Positions 20,614-31,149 are shown, counted from the stretch's first letter. The stretch is 64,000 nt of DNA from Candidatus Cloacimonadales bacterium (GCA_963662655.2 CAXXTU010000002.1:1600001-1664000), one strand, 5' to 3'. A program made the numbers and translations. The notes: a model not told the origin generated them from the letters alone.

Positions 20614-21573
20614 TCACTTCAGCAGTAACGCTTTTGTGATCCGCTCCTCACCGCCGGCATTGATCCGTATCAGATACACGCTACTCGCAACAGCTCGCTC
20701 CCCGGAATCGCGTCCATCCCATACGATTGAATGAGTACCAGCCTCGAGGCGTTCATCGAGAAGCGTTCTCACTTTCTGCCCCCTGAGATTGTACACGACA
20801 ATCTTCACATCCGTACAAACCGGGATGTCGAAGGATACCGTTGTTTGCGGATTGAAGGGATTGGGATAACAGACAAGCTCGATGGCCGGTGGCTGGAGAA
20901 TCGGGTCATCCATCGCGAGAACGGTCGAGTCGCCATAGAAAACGCCGTTGATTTCGCAGGCAATGAGCTGAGCCCACCCATCTTCGATTTCCTCTTCAAT
21001 CGGACCGAAATCGTGTGTCCAGGTTTGAAAAACCTGCGTATAATCGAAGGCAAATTGCTTGCAAAAATGCGACTCACCACCGAAGAGATTTCTCTCGCTG
21101 GAACCCTCGAATCTCTGAATTGCGGGATATGGCGATCCGAAATGGAATGGAAAAACGCAGCATGCCTCGTTGTCCTCATCCAGAGCCCAGTTGAAGTAGA
21201 GCAGTTCGACGGTTTCCGGATTGTTATCGTAATCCCCGGTGTCGAGGACAAAGATCGAGTCCCCGCGATTGATCTCCCATATAGGCTGGTAATCTCCACC
21301 TCCGATGCCCACGACACCGTAATAAGTCTCGCCATTCACGAGCGTATCGGCAACAACCTCGCGACCGATGATTACCCACGGATCCTGACCCGGATTCCAA
21401 AGTGACTGGAGATAATACCACCATCTATCGCCAACATGTAGAAGATTGATGCAGGTACGATCTTGCCTCGCGGGGCCATCGGCATGAATCACAGAAGAAG
21501 TACGGACAAGAGGTTGAATCGAAAAAAGAAGAGACAAGGAAAGAAGCAAAAGCAGCAATACTTTTGTTCGCAC
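20614..21573 (-). CDS. Secreted protein with C-terminal FlgD-Ig/T9SS-type sorting domain
   Basis: Signal peptide; YPNPFNPQTT...YNLRGQKV...WDG...KALLLK. Confidence 0.82.
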   Translation of the reverse strand: MRTKVLLLLLLSLSLLFSIQPLVRTSSVIHADGPARQDRTCINLLHVGDRWWYYLQSLWNPGQDPWVIIGREVVADTLVNGETYYGVVGIGGGDYQPIWEINRGDSIFVLDTGDYDNNPETVELLYFNWALDEDNEACCVFPFHFGSPYPAIQRFEGSSERNLFGGESHFCKQFAFDYTQVFQTWTHDFGPIEEEIEDGWAQLIACEINGVFYGDSTVLAMDDPILQPPAIELVCYPNPFNPQTTVSFDIPVCTDVKIVVYNLRGQKVRTLLDERLEAGTHSIVWDGRDSGERAVASSVYLIRINAGGEERITKALLLK

Positions 21574-21630
21574 AAGACACCCCCATAAGTTAACAAGAAC
21601 CTACCAGAGAATCCATTGCTGTCAAGTACT

Positions 21631-22446
21631 TTATGCCCTTCGCTGACGAATGGCCTCATACAGAACAATCGAGGTCGCGCATGCGACATTCAGGGAACTC
21701 GCGCTACCATGAATCGGGATGTTAGCCACTGAGTCCGAAAACTCGGTCAATCGCTCGCTCATTCCCACCGACTCGTTGCCAATAATCAGGATTGTCGCCT
21801 TGCGAAAATCAATCTGCCCAATCTCTTTATCGCCACGAGCGCTTGTCCCGACAACCTGAACGTCCGTATTCATCCCCTGCAATCGTTCCTTCATCTCATG
21901 AATAATGCGGTACGACTCCGCCTGGATAACGAGCATAGTGAAGATCGTTCCGATACTCGCGCGAACCGTCTGCGGATCATACAAATCCGCTCCGTGACCC
22001 GTTGTAATCACCAAATCTACGCCCAAGGCATCGCAGCTTCGTATAATGCTACCTAAATTCCCGGGGCTCCCCGGCCGATCCAGAACTACGATCAACGGAC
22101 TCTCGCCGAAGGAAACCTCCTCCAGCTTCCGATTCCGGATATTCGCCACAAGAACAATCTCGGGAATCTCTTCCCGGTCGCACAGCTTCGTCATGAGCGC
22201 TTCAGATAAGGCATACTGCTCCGAATCGGTAAAGACTGCCAGCACATTCTGGGCCCAAGTTGAATGCTCGCCATCGCGATACAAAACGGCATGCACGGGC
22301 CAGTTCCGCTCAATGACCAGATTGATCGCCTTGACGCTCTCAACCAGAAACAAGCCCAACTTCGTCCGCTTCTTCCGATTTGTCCGTAGCGCTTGAAATT
22401 GCTGGAATGTGGCATTCTCCACAGTAATCTTACGTACATTTTCCAT
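21631..22446 (-). CDS. TrmH/SpoU-family RNA 2'-O-methyltransferase
   Basis: PGNLGSIIRS, IIGNESVG, SSLNVA motifs. Confidence 0.9.
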   Translation of the reverse strand: MENVRKITVENATFQQFQALRTNRKKRTKLGLFLVESVKAINLVIERNWPVHAVLYRDGEHSTWAQNVLAVFTDSEQYALSEALMTKLCDREEIPEIVLVANIRNRKLEEVSFGESPLIVVLDRPGSPGNLGSIIRSCDALGVDLVITTGHGADLYDPQTVRASIGTIFTMLVIQAESYRIIHEMKERLQGMNTDVQVVGTSARGDKEIGQIDFRKATILIIGNESVGMSERLTEFSDSVANIPIHGSASSLNVACATSIVLYEAIRQRRA

Positions 22447-22456
22447 AGTGAAATCT

Positions 22457-23554
22457 CTATTCCTGCGCCCGAATCAATTCAACCATCAGGTCATCGCCCA
22501 ACTGCTCGAAAGAGTCCATCTTCCAGCGGACGGCCTCGCCGATCGTTCCTGCTACCGGCTCCGGCGCAAAACCCTTGCCCCCCCCCAGAATACAGTTTCC
22601 GTAGAACATCGTAAGCTGATCCGCAAGTCCCTCTCTCAGAAATGATGCGACAACCTTCGGGCCGGCTTCTACCATGGCCATCATGATACCCCGCGAGTAT
22701 AATTCTTGCAGCACACCGTCCAGCGTTAGCCCCTCCGGTGTTGACCCGACAGACACCACTTCCACCCCAAGCTCATTGAGAGATCGAGCCTTGTCCGATT
22801 CAGCCTTTCCTTGCGTGGTGAACACCCAGACCTGTTGAGCATTGGCCGAGCGTACGATCCTGGACTCAAGCGGAATCCGCAGTTCCGAATCGAGGATCAC
22901 GCGAACCGGCGCACCGCAAGGCTCATCGAGCCGGACATTCAGCCTGGGATCGTCGCCGAGAACCGTCCCGATCCCCGTCAATATCGCGTCCGTGCGATTA
23001 CGCATCCGGTGCACCCTGTTTCGAGCAGCCTCCCCCGTTATCCACTGTGAAGTTCCATCCTCAGCCGCCAGCTTCCCGTCAAGCGACGCAGCGATCTTCA
23101 CCGTCACAAACGGTCGCCTCTCTTTCACAAAATGCAGATACGGCCTGAGTTGCCTGAGTATCGCTTCTTCCTCGATTCCGCTGTGGACTTCGATACCGTT
23201 CTCCTCCAGAATCCCACCGCTCAGGTTGCACACCTTTGGATTGGGATCGAGAACGCCTATATACACGCGCTTGATTCCGGCGCGAATGATCGCATCCGTG
23301 CAGGGAGGCGTTCTCCCCCAGTGGCAACACGGTTCCAGCGTGACATACATATCTGCGTCACGCGCTTGTTTCCCCGCATCCTTCAGCGCGACCACCTCCG
23401 CGTGATCCATCCCGCAAGGCTGCGTATAGCCCTCTCCCACAACGTGTTCGTGCTTAACGATAACCGCCCCCACAAAGGGATTGGGAGAAGTCCTGCCTTT
23501 CGCTTTTTCCGCTTGCTCGATGGCTTTTCTCATGTAAAATGAAGCATTGCTCAT
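22457..23554 (-). CDS. ribD: Riboflavin biosynthesis deaminase/reductase
   Basis: SPNPFVGAV, HAEV, TLEPCCHWGRTPPC, SQWITG. Confidence 0.95.
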   Translation of the reverse strand: MSNASFYMRKAIEQAEKAKGRTSPNPFVGAVIVKHEHVVGEGYTQPCGMDHAEVVALKDAGKQARDADMYVTLEPCCHWGRTPPCTDAIIRAGIKRVYIGVLDPNPKVCNLSGGILEENGIEVHSGIEEEAILRQLRPYLHFVKERRPFVTVKIAASLDGKLAAEDGTSQWITGEAARNRVHRMRNRTDAILTGIGTVLGDDPRLNVRLDEPCGAPVRVILDSELRIPLESRIVRSANAQQVWVFTTQGKAESDKARSLNELGVEVVSVGSTPEGLTLDGVLQELYSRGIMMAMVEAGPKVVASFLREGLADQLTMFYGNCILGGGKGFAPEPVAGTIGEAVRWKMDSFEQLGDDLMVELIRAQE

Positions 23555-23567
23555 ACGACCTCTCTTT

Positions 23568-24251
23568 CTATCCCCAATCGATTTCGATAGCGTATGGGTT
23601 GGGATCCTTTATTCCGGCGCGCTTGAAAGCCTGGATGCGTAAATGGCAGCTATCGCAGGTACCACAGGCAACATCGTTGTCGCGGTAGCAGCTCCAGCTC
23701 AGCTCGAACGGCGCACCCAGCTCCCTGCCGAGTCTGATAATCTCCGCCTTGTTCATGTGGATCACCGGCGTATGAATCTCGATGTGCGTATCGTCCCTCG
23801 TACCGGCGTCAATCGTCAGGCCGAAGCGCTTGTAAAACACGTCCCTGCAATCGGGATATCCGCTGGAGTCTTCCTCCACCGCTCCGATGTAGATCCGCTG
23901 CGCGCCGATCACTTCCGCCCAGCTAACCGCGATGCAGATCAGATGCGCGTTGCGGAACGGCACGTACGTATCGGGAATGCCGGATTCACCCTCCGAGTAA
24001 TCCTTCACGTCCATGGAGAGATCGGTCAGCGCGGAGCCCCCAATCTCGGCAAGATAGGAGATATCAACCGATCGACAACCCGCTGGCTTGAAGTGCGTGC
24101 AGAGTTTCTCGAAAAGCTCCGCTTCCTTCTTCTGCGTACGCTGCCCGTAGTTTGCGTGAAGGAAATGGACTTCGTCCGATTCCCTTCCGGCAATCGCAGC
24201 CGTTACCAGGCTGTCCATTCCACCGCTTACAAGTATGATTGATTTGATCAT
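23568..24251 (-). CDS. queC: 7-cyano-7-deazaguanine synthase
   Basis: SGGMDS, YVPFRN, GYPDCR, SWSCY...CGTCDSC. Confidence 0.95.
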   Translation of the reverse strand: MIKSIILVSGGMDSLVTAAIAGRESDEVHFLHANYGQRTQKKEAELFEKLCTHFKPAGCRSVDISYLAEIGGSALTDLSMDVKDYSEGESGIPDTYVPFRNAHLICIAVSWAEVIGAQRIYIGAVEEDSSGYPDCRDVFYKRFGLTIDAGTRDDTHIEIHTPVIHMNKAEIIRLGRELGAPFELSWSCYRDNDVACGTCDSCHLRIQAFKRAGIKDPNPYAIEIDWG

Positions 24252-24334
24252 CGCGTTCCTCTTCTTATCATCTGATAATTCTTTATATTCTTCGTACGGT
24301 ACGTGCGTCAAGTAAAGAGTAATCTCATAAAATG

Positions 24335-24364
24335 AAAAGCCGGCAGATTTCTCTACCGGCTTTT
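24335..24364. terminator. Intrinsic terminator
   Basis: AAAAGCCGG...CCGGCTTTT symmetric hairpin. Confidence 0.7.
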
Positions 24365-24381
24365 CTATTTCGGGTTGATGG

Positions 24382-25737
24382 CTATTTCAGCATCAGCATT
24401 TTGCGGGTGAACGTTGATTCGCCCACGGTAAGCTGATAGAAATAGATTCCGCTTGGTTGATCTTTTGGTTCCCAGCTAACCCTGTGTATCTGTCCACCGC
24501 TTCTCTGCTGATGGTCGATCAGGGTGTTGATCAGCTGACCCTTCATGTTGTAAACCTTGAGGGTGATTTCGCTCGATTCCGCGATGTAGAAGCTGATCTC
24601 CGTGCTTGGGTTGAAAGGATTCGGATGGTTCTGGTTGAGCTGAGCGAATACGTCCGTGCTCGGAACACTCTCGCCACCCTCTTCGCCATCCTCGAGAATC
24701 GTGATCTGAACTGGACCGTGGAATCTTGACTGTCCGCTCATTTCCTTTGCTTCCAGCCAGTAGTAGTAGGTCATTTCCGACTGGATATCTCCGTCGGTGA
24801 ACTGGTATACCTGTTCGGCTGAGATATTGTTCGCTTCCACGAATCCCATGTCGTATGCGTCAGCGATGTCGTCGTTTGCACTGCGATAGACCTGATAGCC
24901 CATCATATCGCTTTCGGACTGGGTTACCCATTCCAGAAGAACGTAGTTCTCGGAGGTGAGTACTGCTTCAAATGAAGAGAATTCGACAGGAAGTGAGCCG
25001 TCGTCGTCGTTGAAATAAACAATGTCCAGCACCATTGTCGGGATGGTGTCGTCAATTTCAAGCTGACGGTTGGCAATTGCACCTTCCCAGGTTGAGCCGT
25101 TAACGAATTTGTATTCGATATACGGAGTTGAACCGCCGGAGAAGAGGACATCGCCTGCGTAAATATTACCACCCTGGTCGGTCAAGGTGTTCGCACCAAC
25201 TGCCCAACCATTGAATGAGCCGGCAACAGAGATTGCGCCTTCGACACCGGCAACGCTCATATCGACTCGGAACGTGACCGTTACATCCTGTCCAAGAGGA
25301 TCACCGTAGAAGAATTCACCGGGAGCTGCTGCCGTGAAGGGCCCATGACCGTTCTGGTCTGTTCCGTATGAATAGGTTTCGTCGGTAGTATCATAGCCTT
25401 CACAGTAAAACTCTGCAATATCGCCAGCTATATAAGTACCACCGGGAATCGTAGCGGTATATTCGTCGTTGCTTCCGACATCTCCATTATAGGTCATTGC
25501 CACGGAATTGTATACCGTTTCACCGGAAAGCCGGTAATAGAATGTCGCCGTTATACCAGCGCCCTGGCCACCGCTGTTAGTAACACCATCTTTCCAAATC
25601 TGGTAATAAACATTGAGGTCATTACCAGGTACATGGAAGGTTTCCTCATTCGGCCAGATGTTTCCGCTCCAGCCTATCGATGCGTTCAAAACAAGCACAA
25701 CTGAAACAAGCATGAAAAGGATTGCAAAACGTTTCAT
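24382..25737 (-). CDS. Secreted protein with probable carbohydrate-binding Ig module and C-terminal sorting domain
   Basis: Signal peptide; VTFRVDM..VAGSFNGW..EYKFVNG..WE (CBM20/48-like); LPVEFSSF; HPNPFNPST...KMLMLK. Confidence 0.75.
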   Translation of the reverse strand: MKRFAILFMLVSVVLVLNASIGWSGNIWPNEETFHVPGNDLNVYYQIWKDGVTNSGGQGAGITATFYYRLSGETVYNSVAMTYNGDVGSNDEYTATIPGGTYIAGDIAEFYCEGYDTTDETYSYGTDQNGHGPFTAAAPGEFFYGDPLGQDVTVTFRVDMSVAGVEGAISVAGSFNGWAVGANTLTDQGGNIYAGDVLFSGGSTPYIEYKFVNGSTWEGAIANRQLEIDDTIPTMVLDIVYFNDDDGSLPVEFSSFEAVLTSENYVLLEWVTQSESDMMGYQVYRSANDDIADAYDMGFVEANNISAEQVYQFTDGDIQSEMTYYYWLEAKEMSGQSRFHGPVQITILEDGEEGGESVPSTDVFAQLNQNHPNPFNPSTEISFYIAESSEITLKVYNMKGQLINTLIDHQQRSGGQIHRVSWEPKDQPSGIYFYQLTVGESTFTRKMLMLK

Positions 25738-25890
25738 GTTGAACCTCCTCTATTTTTTTTCTTTGCACTCTTTCACAATACTAAGACAACCAAATGAATT
25801 TCTGCTTGTCAATATTTTTTTGTTTCAAACACATAATTTATTACAAAATGATTCCATACTTCTTCCGCTCGCAAATGATAAAAAAAGCAA

Positions 25891-26071
25891 CATCGTGAGC
25901 AGGTTCGTTCGATCGCCGCCTGTGCAGGGTGTTCCACAGCCGATTTTCGGCTTTCGTGCAACGAAAACCTACTCATGAACACTGTGATTTCGTTCTCCGA
26001 AATCATGTTACTGGATAATCGGGTGTGGTATATCCCTGTGCAGGCGGCGATCGGGCGAAGATGCCACGATG
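25891..26071 (+). repeat. Family-1 structured hairpin element, copy C
   Basis: CATCGTG-A-GC-AGG-TTCGTTCGAT-CGCCGCCTGTGC-AGGG-TGTTC-CACAGCCGATT...AATCGGGTGTG-GTATAT-CCCT-GTGCAGGCGGCG-ATCGGGCGAA-GAT-GC-CACGATG. Confidence 0.9.
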
Positions 26072-26160
26072 CTGAGATCACCGAGAACGTCTCTCCCCCT
26101 CCTTAGAACGAGAGAAGAGTAGGGGGAATTATTCCCCATCATGTAAATCCTGCTTCAAAC

Positions 26161-26188
26161 AAAAAAAGCCGGATCATCCGACCCGGCT
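26161..26188 (-). terminator. Intrinsic terminator after serA-like gene
   Basis: AGCCGG...CCGGCT stem with T7 run on minus strand. Confidence 0.65.
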
Positions 26189-26209
26189 CCAATTTTGTGA
26201 AAATTATAT

Positions 26210-27130
26210 TTACTTGTTCACCTTGAAGGTCACATCGCCCTTTTCAAAGAAGGCGACAATCTGGTTTGCAGCGGCAAGACCGGCATTGATGTTCGCTTCT
26301 TCTGTTTGCGCACCCATTTTCTTGGGCGTGAAGTAGCAGCGACCGGGGAATTTCTCGAGCATCTCGTCCGCCACGTTCGGTGCGATGTCGGAGGCATACT
26401 TGAAGTCTCCGCGCTTCTCCATGATCTTCAGCAGGTCTTCCTCGTTAACCACTTCCTTGCGGGCGGTATTCACGATGCAAGCGCCCTGCTTCATCATGCT
26501 CATAAGCTGGAAGTTCACCATGCCGCGAGTCGCTTCGATCAGAGGCAGATTCAGCGAGATATAATCGCAGGAAGAGTACAGCTCTTCAACCGTGGCAACC
26601 GGCTTCACACCGTCTTTTTCCATCACTTCCGGTTTTACGAACGGATCCAGCGCGCAAACGTCCATGTCGAATCCCTTTGCGATACGCGCAATATTCATCC
26701 CCACGTGACCGTACGCGTGGATACCGAGTCTCTTTCCTTTCAATTCCGTACCCGCTTTTCCGTTGAAAAGACCACGGGCAACGTAAACCATCATACCTAG
26801 CGCGAGTTCTGCAACCGCGTTCGAGTTCTGTCCCGGTGTGTTCATCACGGTTACACCCTTTTCGGTGGCTGCCGCGAGATCAACGTTGTCGTAACCTGCT
26901 CCCGCGCGCACAACAATCTTAAGGTTTTCTGCTGCGTCAATAACGTCCGCAGTCACTTTGTCACTGCGAATGATAACTGCGTCGACGTCCTTCACCGCAT
27001 TCAGCAGATCGGCTTTATCGGTGTATTTCTCAAGAAGTACAAGCTCGTATCCGGCTCCTTCGCATATCTCGCGAATACCGTTCACAGCTACCGGTGCAAA
27101 TGGCTTTTCGGTTGCAACTAATACTTTCAT
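26210..27130 (-). CDS. serA: D-3-phosphoglycerate dehydrogenase-like 2-hydroxyacid dehydrogenase
   Basis: RAGAGYDNVD, MNTPGQNSNAVAEL, VNTAR, GAQTEEA. Confidence 0.78.
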   Translation of the reverse strand: MKVLVATEKPFAPVAVNGIREICEGAGYELVLLEKYTDKADLLNAVKDVDAVIIRSDKVTADVIDAAENLKIVVRAGAGYDNVDLAAATEKGVTVMNTPGQNSNAVAELALGMMVYVARGLFNGKAGTELKGKRLGIHAYGHVGMNIARIAKGFDMDVCALDPFVKPEVMEKDGVKPVATVEELYSSCDYISLNLPLIEATRGMVNFQLMSMMKQGACIVNTARKEVVNEEDLLKIMEKRGDFKYASDIAPNVADEMLEKFPGRCYFTPKKMGAQTEEANINAGLAAANQIVAFFEKGDVTFKVNK

Positions 27131-27225
27131 GATTCCTCCATTTATCGTGTTTTGTGTTATTTCTCATGCCACGTCTTTTGTGGTCAAGTTTAATCCATAA
27201 CGAAAATTACAAAAATCATAAATCC

Positions 27226-27948
27226 TCAGGATTCAATCCACTGCGTAACGAGTTCAGGCAGAATTTCACCTGCTTTCCCCTGATGAAATTCGTCGATATA
27301 CCCGGCGTTCTGCGGTCGTTCGAGATTAATCCCAATCGTCATTGCGCCAACGCTTTTCGCGATCGCCAGGAACTGCGCGGCCGGATACACCACTCCGCTA
27401 GTGCCATCGACAATCAGATAATCGCAGCAGCGCAGGATATTTATAATCTCGTCCATTCGGTAAGGCATCTCGCCAAACCACACAATGTCCGGTCGCATGG
27501 CTGCCCCGCACCTTGCGCACACGGGAACGGCTTCGGCCAAATCAAGCTCGCCCGTCGCCTGGGGATTCCCGCAATTGCTGCAAAATGCTCGATGCAGCGA
27601 TCCGTGCATTTCCAAAACGCGATTGCTTCCGGCTGCCTGATGCAGTCCGTCCACATTTTGCGTGATGAGATGAAATTGATCGCCCGAAAACGCTTCCAGG
27701 CTCACAAGCGCATGATGCGCAGCGTTGGGCTTGCTGTCCAACGCGTTATCGTAACGGTATCGATAGAATCGCCAGACCATCGCCGGATCCCGACGGAAAG
27801 CCTCCGGTGTCGCCACATCCTCGAATCGATGCTGCTCCCAGAGACCGCCCCTGTCGCGGAAGGTCATGATGCCCGATTCAGCGCTGATCCCCGAGCCCGT
27901 AAGCACCGCGACTTGTTTATCTTTCCCGAACCTGAGGGATGTTCTCAA
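27226..27948 (-). CDS. cobB: NAD-dependent protein deacylase (Sir2 family)
   Basis: LTGSGISAESGIMTFR, TQNVDGLH, HGS, CxxC..CxxC, RPDIVWFGE; TTG start inferred. Confidence 0.88.
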   Translation of the reverse strand: MRTSLRFGKDKQVAVLTGSGISAESGIMTFRDRGGLWEQHRFEDVATPEAFRRDPAMVWRFYRYRYDNALDSKPNAAHHALVSLEAFSGDQFHLITQNVDGLHQAAGSNRVLEMHGSLHRAFCSNCGNPQATGELDLAEAVPVCARCGAAMRPDIVWFGEMPYRMDEIINILRCCDYLIVDGTSGVVYPAAQFLAIAKSVGAMTIGINLERPQNAGYIDEFHQGKAGEILPELVTQWIES

Positions 27949-28679
27949 CAATCCACCTTCTGAATCGTGCGGAACGTAATCACCTCGGGGATTCCGGATG
28001 ATTTGAATTCTTCGTGCGAGCCGTCGAACACGATCTTGCCGGCATGCAGCATGACGACACGCTCGGCCACCTGCTCGATGCAATAGAGGTCGTGCGTAAT
28101 CACGATGGACGTGATTTCCAGCGTCTTGTTGAGCTTGTGGATCAGCCCCACGATATCCGTCGCGATGATGGGATCGAGTCCCGTTGTCGGTTCGTCGTAG
28201 ATGATGTATTTCGGTTCGCGGATGATAGCCCGGGCAAGTCCCACGCGTTTTTTCATGCCTCCGCTGAGTTCGGAAGGCATCTTGTCGTTGACATCCGGGA
28301 GCCCCACAAGCGTAAGCTTCTCCTGAACCAGCGCTTCGATCTCTTCGCTCGATAGCTTGCTGTGCTCGACCATGGGCAAAGCGACATTCTGAAACACGTT
28401 CATCGAGTCGAGCAGCGCTGCTCCCTGAAACAGCATGGAAAGCTTTTGCCTTACGCGCTTCTTCCCTCTACGATCGAGCGTGAACAGATTCTCCCCATCG
28501 ATCAGGATTTCACCTTCCCATGGATGGAACAATCCTTCGATCGTCTTCATGAGAACCGTCTTCCCGCTTCCGCTCGAACCCACAACCACGGTGGTCTCGT
28601 TCTCGCGTATATCCAGATCGATTCCATCGAGGACAACCTGATCGCCAAACCCGACCTTGAGGTTGCGAATCCGAATCAC
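27945..28679 (-). CDS. ABC ATP-binding protein, MlaF/Mkl type
   Basis: GSSGSGKT, MLFQGAALLDS, PSELSGGMKKRVGLARA, YDEPTTGLDP. Confidence 0.88.
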   Translation of the reverse strand: MIRIRNLKVGFGDQVVLDGIDLDIRENETTVVVGSSGSGKTVLMKTIEGLFHPWEGEILIDGENLFTLDRRGKKRVRQKLSMLFQGAALLDSMNVFQNVALPMVEHSKLSSEEIEALVQEKLTLVGLPDVNDKMPSELSGGMKKRVGLARAIIREPKYIIYDEPTTGLDPIIATDIVGLIHKLNKTLEITSIVITHDLYCIEQVAERVVMLHAGKIVFDGSHEEFKSSGIPEVITFRTIQKVDC

Positions 28680-30340
28680 TTGAACGGTACTCCGGTCACC
28701 TTGATATCATCCAGCTCCCAGCTCGTTGCCTTGTCTTTGGCAGAGCAACGATACCGGAAAGCGATAAACACGTTCTTTCCACGGAAGCGGCTGATATCCA
28801 GATATCCCGAATGCTCCCACTCGTATTCGCCTTCTGAGAACTTCGCGGGAAGGTGATACCACTCGGTCGATTCAAGCTTCTCACCGGGGATGTATTCGCC
28901 ACTGATCATCACTTCAAGTCCTTCCATGATGTCGGTGTGGCTCTTTGCTGTCTCGAATTGCAGCGTGATCTTGCTATACGGCTCCAGATTCAGTGGCGGG
29001 GATATCAACCAGTCGTCGGAGGGTTCATCTCCACGGAATCCGCTGATTTTAATGAAATTGCGCCCACCGTATTCGGAATGATACCAGTTCTTGTTGCTGG
29101 CGACGCTTATGCGCTTCCAGTCGTGCTCGTTATCCTCAAAAGATTCTTCAAGAATGGTGACTTCACCCGGCTGAATGCCTCTTCCGTATAGTGGAAGGGT
29201 GGAAAGGAGATTGTCCCCGTAAAATATATCGAGCGAGTCCGCGTAAATCCTGTTTTCTTCCGGCATGAACCGCAAGTACAAGCCACGATTGAGCGCTCCG
29301 CCGTTGGGGTACATGATCATCCGGTCGGCAAAGGGCTTATCCTGCATGTGGGCCATCATGAAACCTTTCGGCGCCACGACCGTCACGGGCATCTCCAGAT
29401 TCCTGCCGCTTATGACGTAGAGCACCTCGGAGTAGGAGCTGTCCGTCGCGACATCGCCGAAGCGAATCTCGGGCATCGCCGGCATGATCCTCGGCTCCTT
29501 CGACGGTTCTCCCCAAATCATCTCCGCGTACTCGGGGTGATCCACAAACGGATTCCGGTTATGCTGGTACGTCTCGAATATCCCGTTGTTACGGGTTCTT
29601 TCGCGATCATCCACCGGATCGAGCGTATTCCACTCCAGCAGACTCGACAACCGGCCATAATACGGGCCGGATGTTCCGGTCTCATCCACGATCTCCAGAT
29701 CGGGGCTGTCATTTCCACCCTCGTAGCGAACCGCCATATAGAATATCATGCGTGCCACGTCGCCCTTGATCTCGTCGCGAGGCTCCCACGAATCGAAATC
29801 GGTGAAGGAGCCCTTCGCTTCCTCTTCGGGGTATCCTCCCCAATCAAAGTCCTTCGCGCCTTTCGCACCGTTGGTGGAACGGTCCACCGGACGCAGGTGA
29901 TGAATATCGGTGTAAGCCGTGTCCGACATCTCGGGGAATCCGTGGCTCTTCGCCCATATATGCTCACGATTCCAGGTATCCTCGATCGTGATTCCGTATT
30001 CGGCCATGTAATCGACTTTGTTGCCGTGGTCGGCGAATTTCTTGTTCTGCGAGCGTCCCGTGTAAAACAGGATCATGTTCTCCGGATTTTCGGGATCCTC
30101 GTCCAGGTCCATCATCATCTCGCCCACGCCGATTTCATCGCTGAAATACGGATACGCCGTATGATCCCTGATCAGACTGTGCAACCCGTGCTTGAGTTCA
30201 GCGCCCGTCATTCCTTCCACCGGAGCATAATACATCGTTACGACATCCACCGAGTCCTTTTCTCCCGCAGCTTGCGGGATGTTCGAGCATCCGCACAGCA
30301 CAAGGACGATTGTTAAAACAAAAAGTGCGTATTTTATCAT
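28676..30340 (-). CDS. Endonuclease I-family extracellular nuclease (lipoprotein) with C-terminal beta-sandwich domains
   Basis: Lipobox LCGC; WNREHIWAKSHG, TDIHHL, KGDVARMIFYM, NRNPFVDHP; DWLISP...W.LDD C-terminal domain. Confidence 0.87.
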   Translation of the reverse strand: MIKYALFVLTIVLVLCGCSNIPQAAGEKDSVDVVTMYYAPVEGMTGAELKHGLHSLIRDHTAYPYFSDEIGVGEMMMDLDEDPENPENMILFYTGRSQNKKFADHGNKVDYMAEYGITIEDTWNREHIWAKSHGFPEMSDTAYTDIHHLRPVDRSTNGAKGAKDFDWGGYPEEEAKGSFTDFDSWEPRDEIKGDVARMIFYMAVRYEGGNDSPDLEIVDETGTSGPYYGRLSSLLEWNTLDPVDDRERTRNNGIFETYQHNRNPFVDHPEYAEMIWGEPSKEPRIMPAMPEIRFGDVATDSSYSEVLYVISGRNLEMPVTVVAPKGFMMAHMQDKPFADRMIMYPNGGALNRGLYLRFMPEENRIYADSLDIFYGDNLLSTLPLYGRGIQPGEVTILEESFEDNEHDWKRISVASNKNWYHSEYGGRNFIKISGFRGDEPSDDWLISPPLNLEPYSKITLQFETAKSHTDIMEGLEVMISGEYIPGEKLESTEWYHLPAKFSEGEYEWEHSGYLDISRFRGKNVFIAFRYRCSAKDKATSWELDDIKVTGVPFK

Positions 30341-31149
30341 TGATCTCCCCTCTTCAATCGATCGGCGGTGTCTCGCATCCGCGTCAACCGATCGTGATCC
30401 AATGGATTTTCCCAATAGCCGTTCTCTTTCAGCCACGATCCGATGATGAAGCCATCGGCATATTCCCAGTATTCTTGCAGGTTGTCCGCCGTAATCCCCG
30501 AGCCGACCAGCACGGGAATATCGACCGCCTTCGCCACAGCGTCTATCTCGACCGCGTTCGCCGTCTCACCGGTCGCGGCTCCCGTGACGATCACACCGTC
30601 CGCGAGAAAGAATCTCGCTGCCTTGGCTGTCTCCACAATGTCCACGTCCGCCGTTATCGCGTGCGAGGAATGCTTCTTCTTGATGTCCGCAAAGACGGCT
30701 ATCCCTTCCGCGCCGATCGCTTTGCGATACCGCAGCAGCTCTCCGGCGCAGGCGTTCATCAACCCTTCGTCGGCCACGTGGGAAAACACAAATCCCTCCA
30801 CACGAATGAAGCTCAATCCCGCTGCAAGCGCGACGGCAATCGATTCCTTCCCGGCACCGGCAAGTATCTGAATCCCGCAGGGGATTTTTAACGTTTTAGC
30901 TACTTCGCAGGCAATCGCCGTCATCGCGGCGGTTATTTCCGGCCCTACCCGGCGGTTCATATATGGAACATCGTGCATGTTCTCCAGCATCACGGCATCG
31001 AAGCCGGCTTCCTCGATCATTCGCGCTTCCGCAACGGATTTTTCGATGATCTCGGACATGGAAAGCCTTTGCGCAGGCGTCCCCGGTAGCGCCGGCACGT
31101 GGACCATGCCAATCAGCGCTTTGGGAGGCAGTGAAAAAAGTGTGATCAT
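30337..31149 (-). CDS. BtpA/SgcQ-family TIM-barrel protein
   Basis: IGMVHVPALPG, ENMHDVPY, ADIKKKH, DGVIVTG. Confidence 0.88.
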   Translation of the reverse strand: MITLFSLPPKALIGMVHVPALPGTPAQRLSMSEIIEKSVAEARMIEEAGFDAVMLENMHDVPYMNRRVGPEITAAMTAIACEVAKTLKIPCGIQILAGAGKESIAVALAAGLSFIRVEGFVFSHVADEGLMNACAGELLRYRKAIGAEGIAVFADIKKKHSSHAITADVDIVETAKAARFFLADGVIVTGAATGETANAVEIDAVAKAVDIPVLVGSGITADNLQEYWEYADGFIIGSWLKENGYWENPLDHDRLTRMRDTADRLKRGDQ

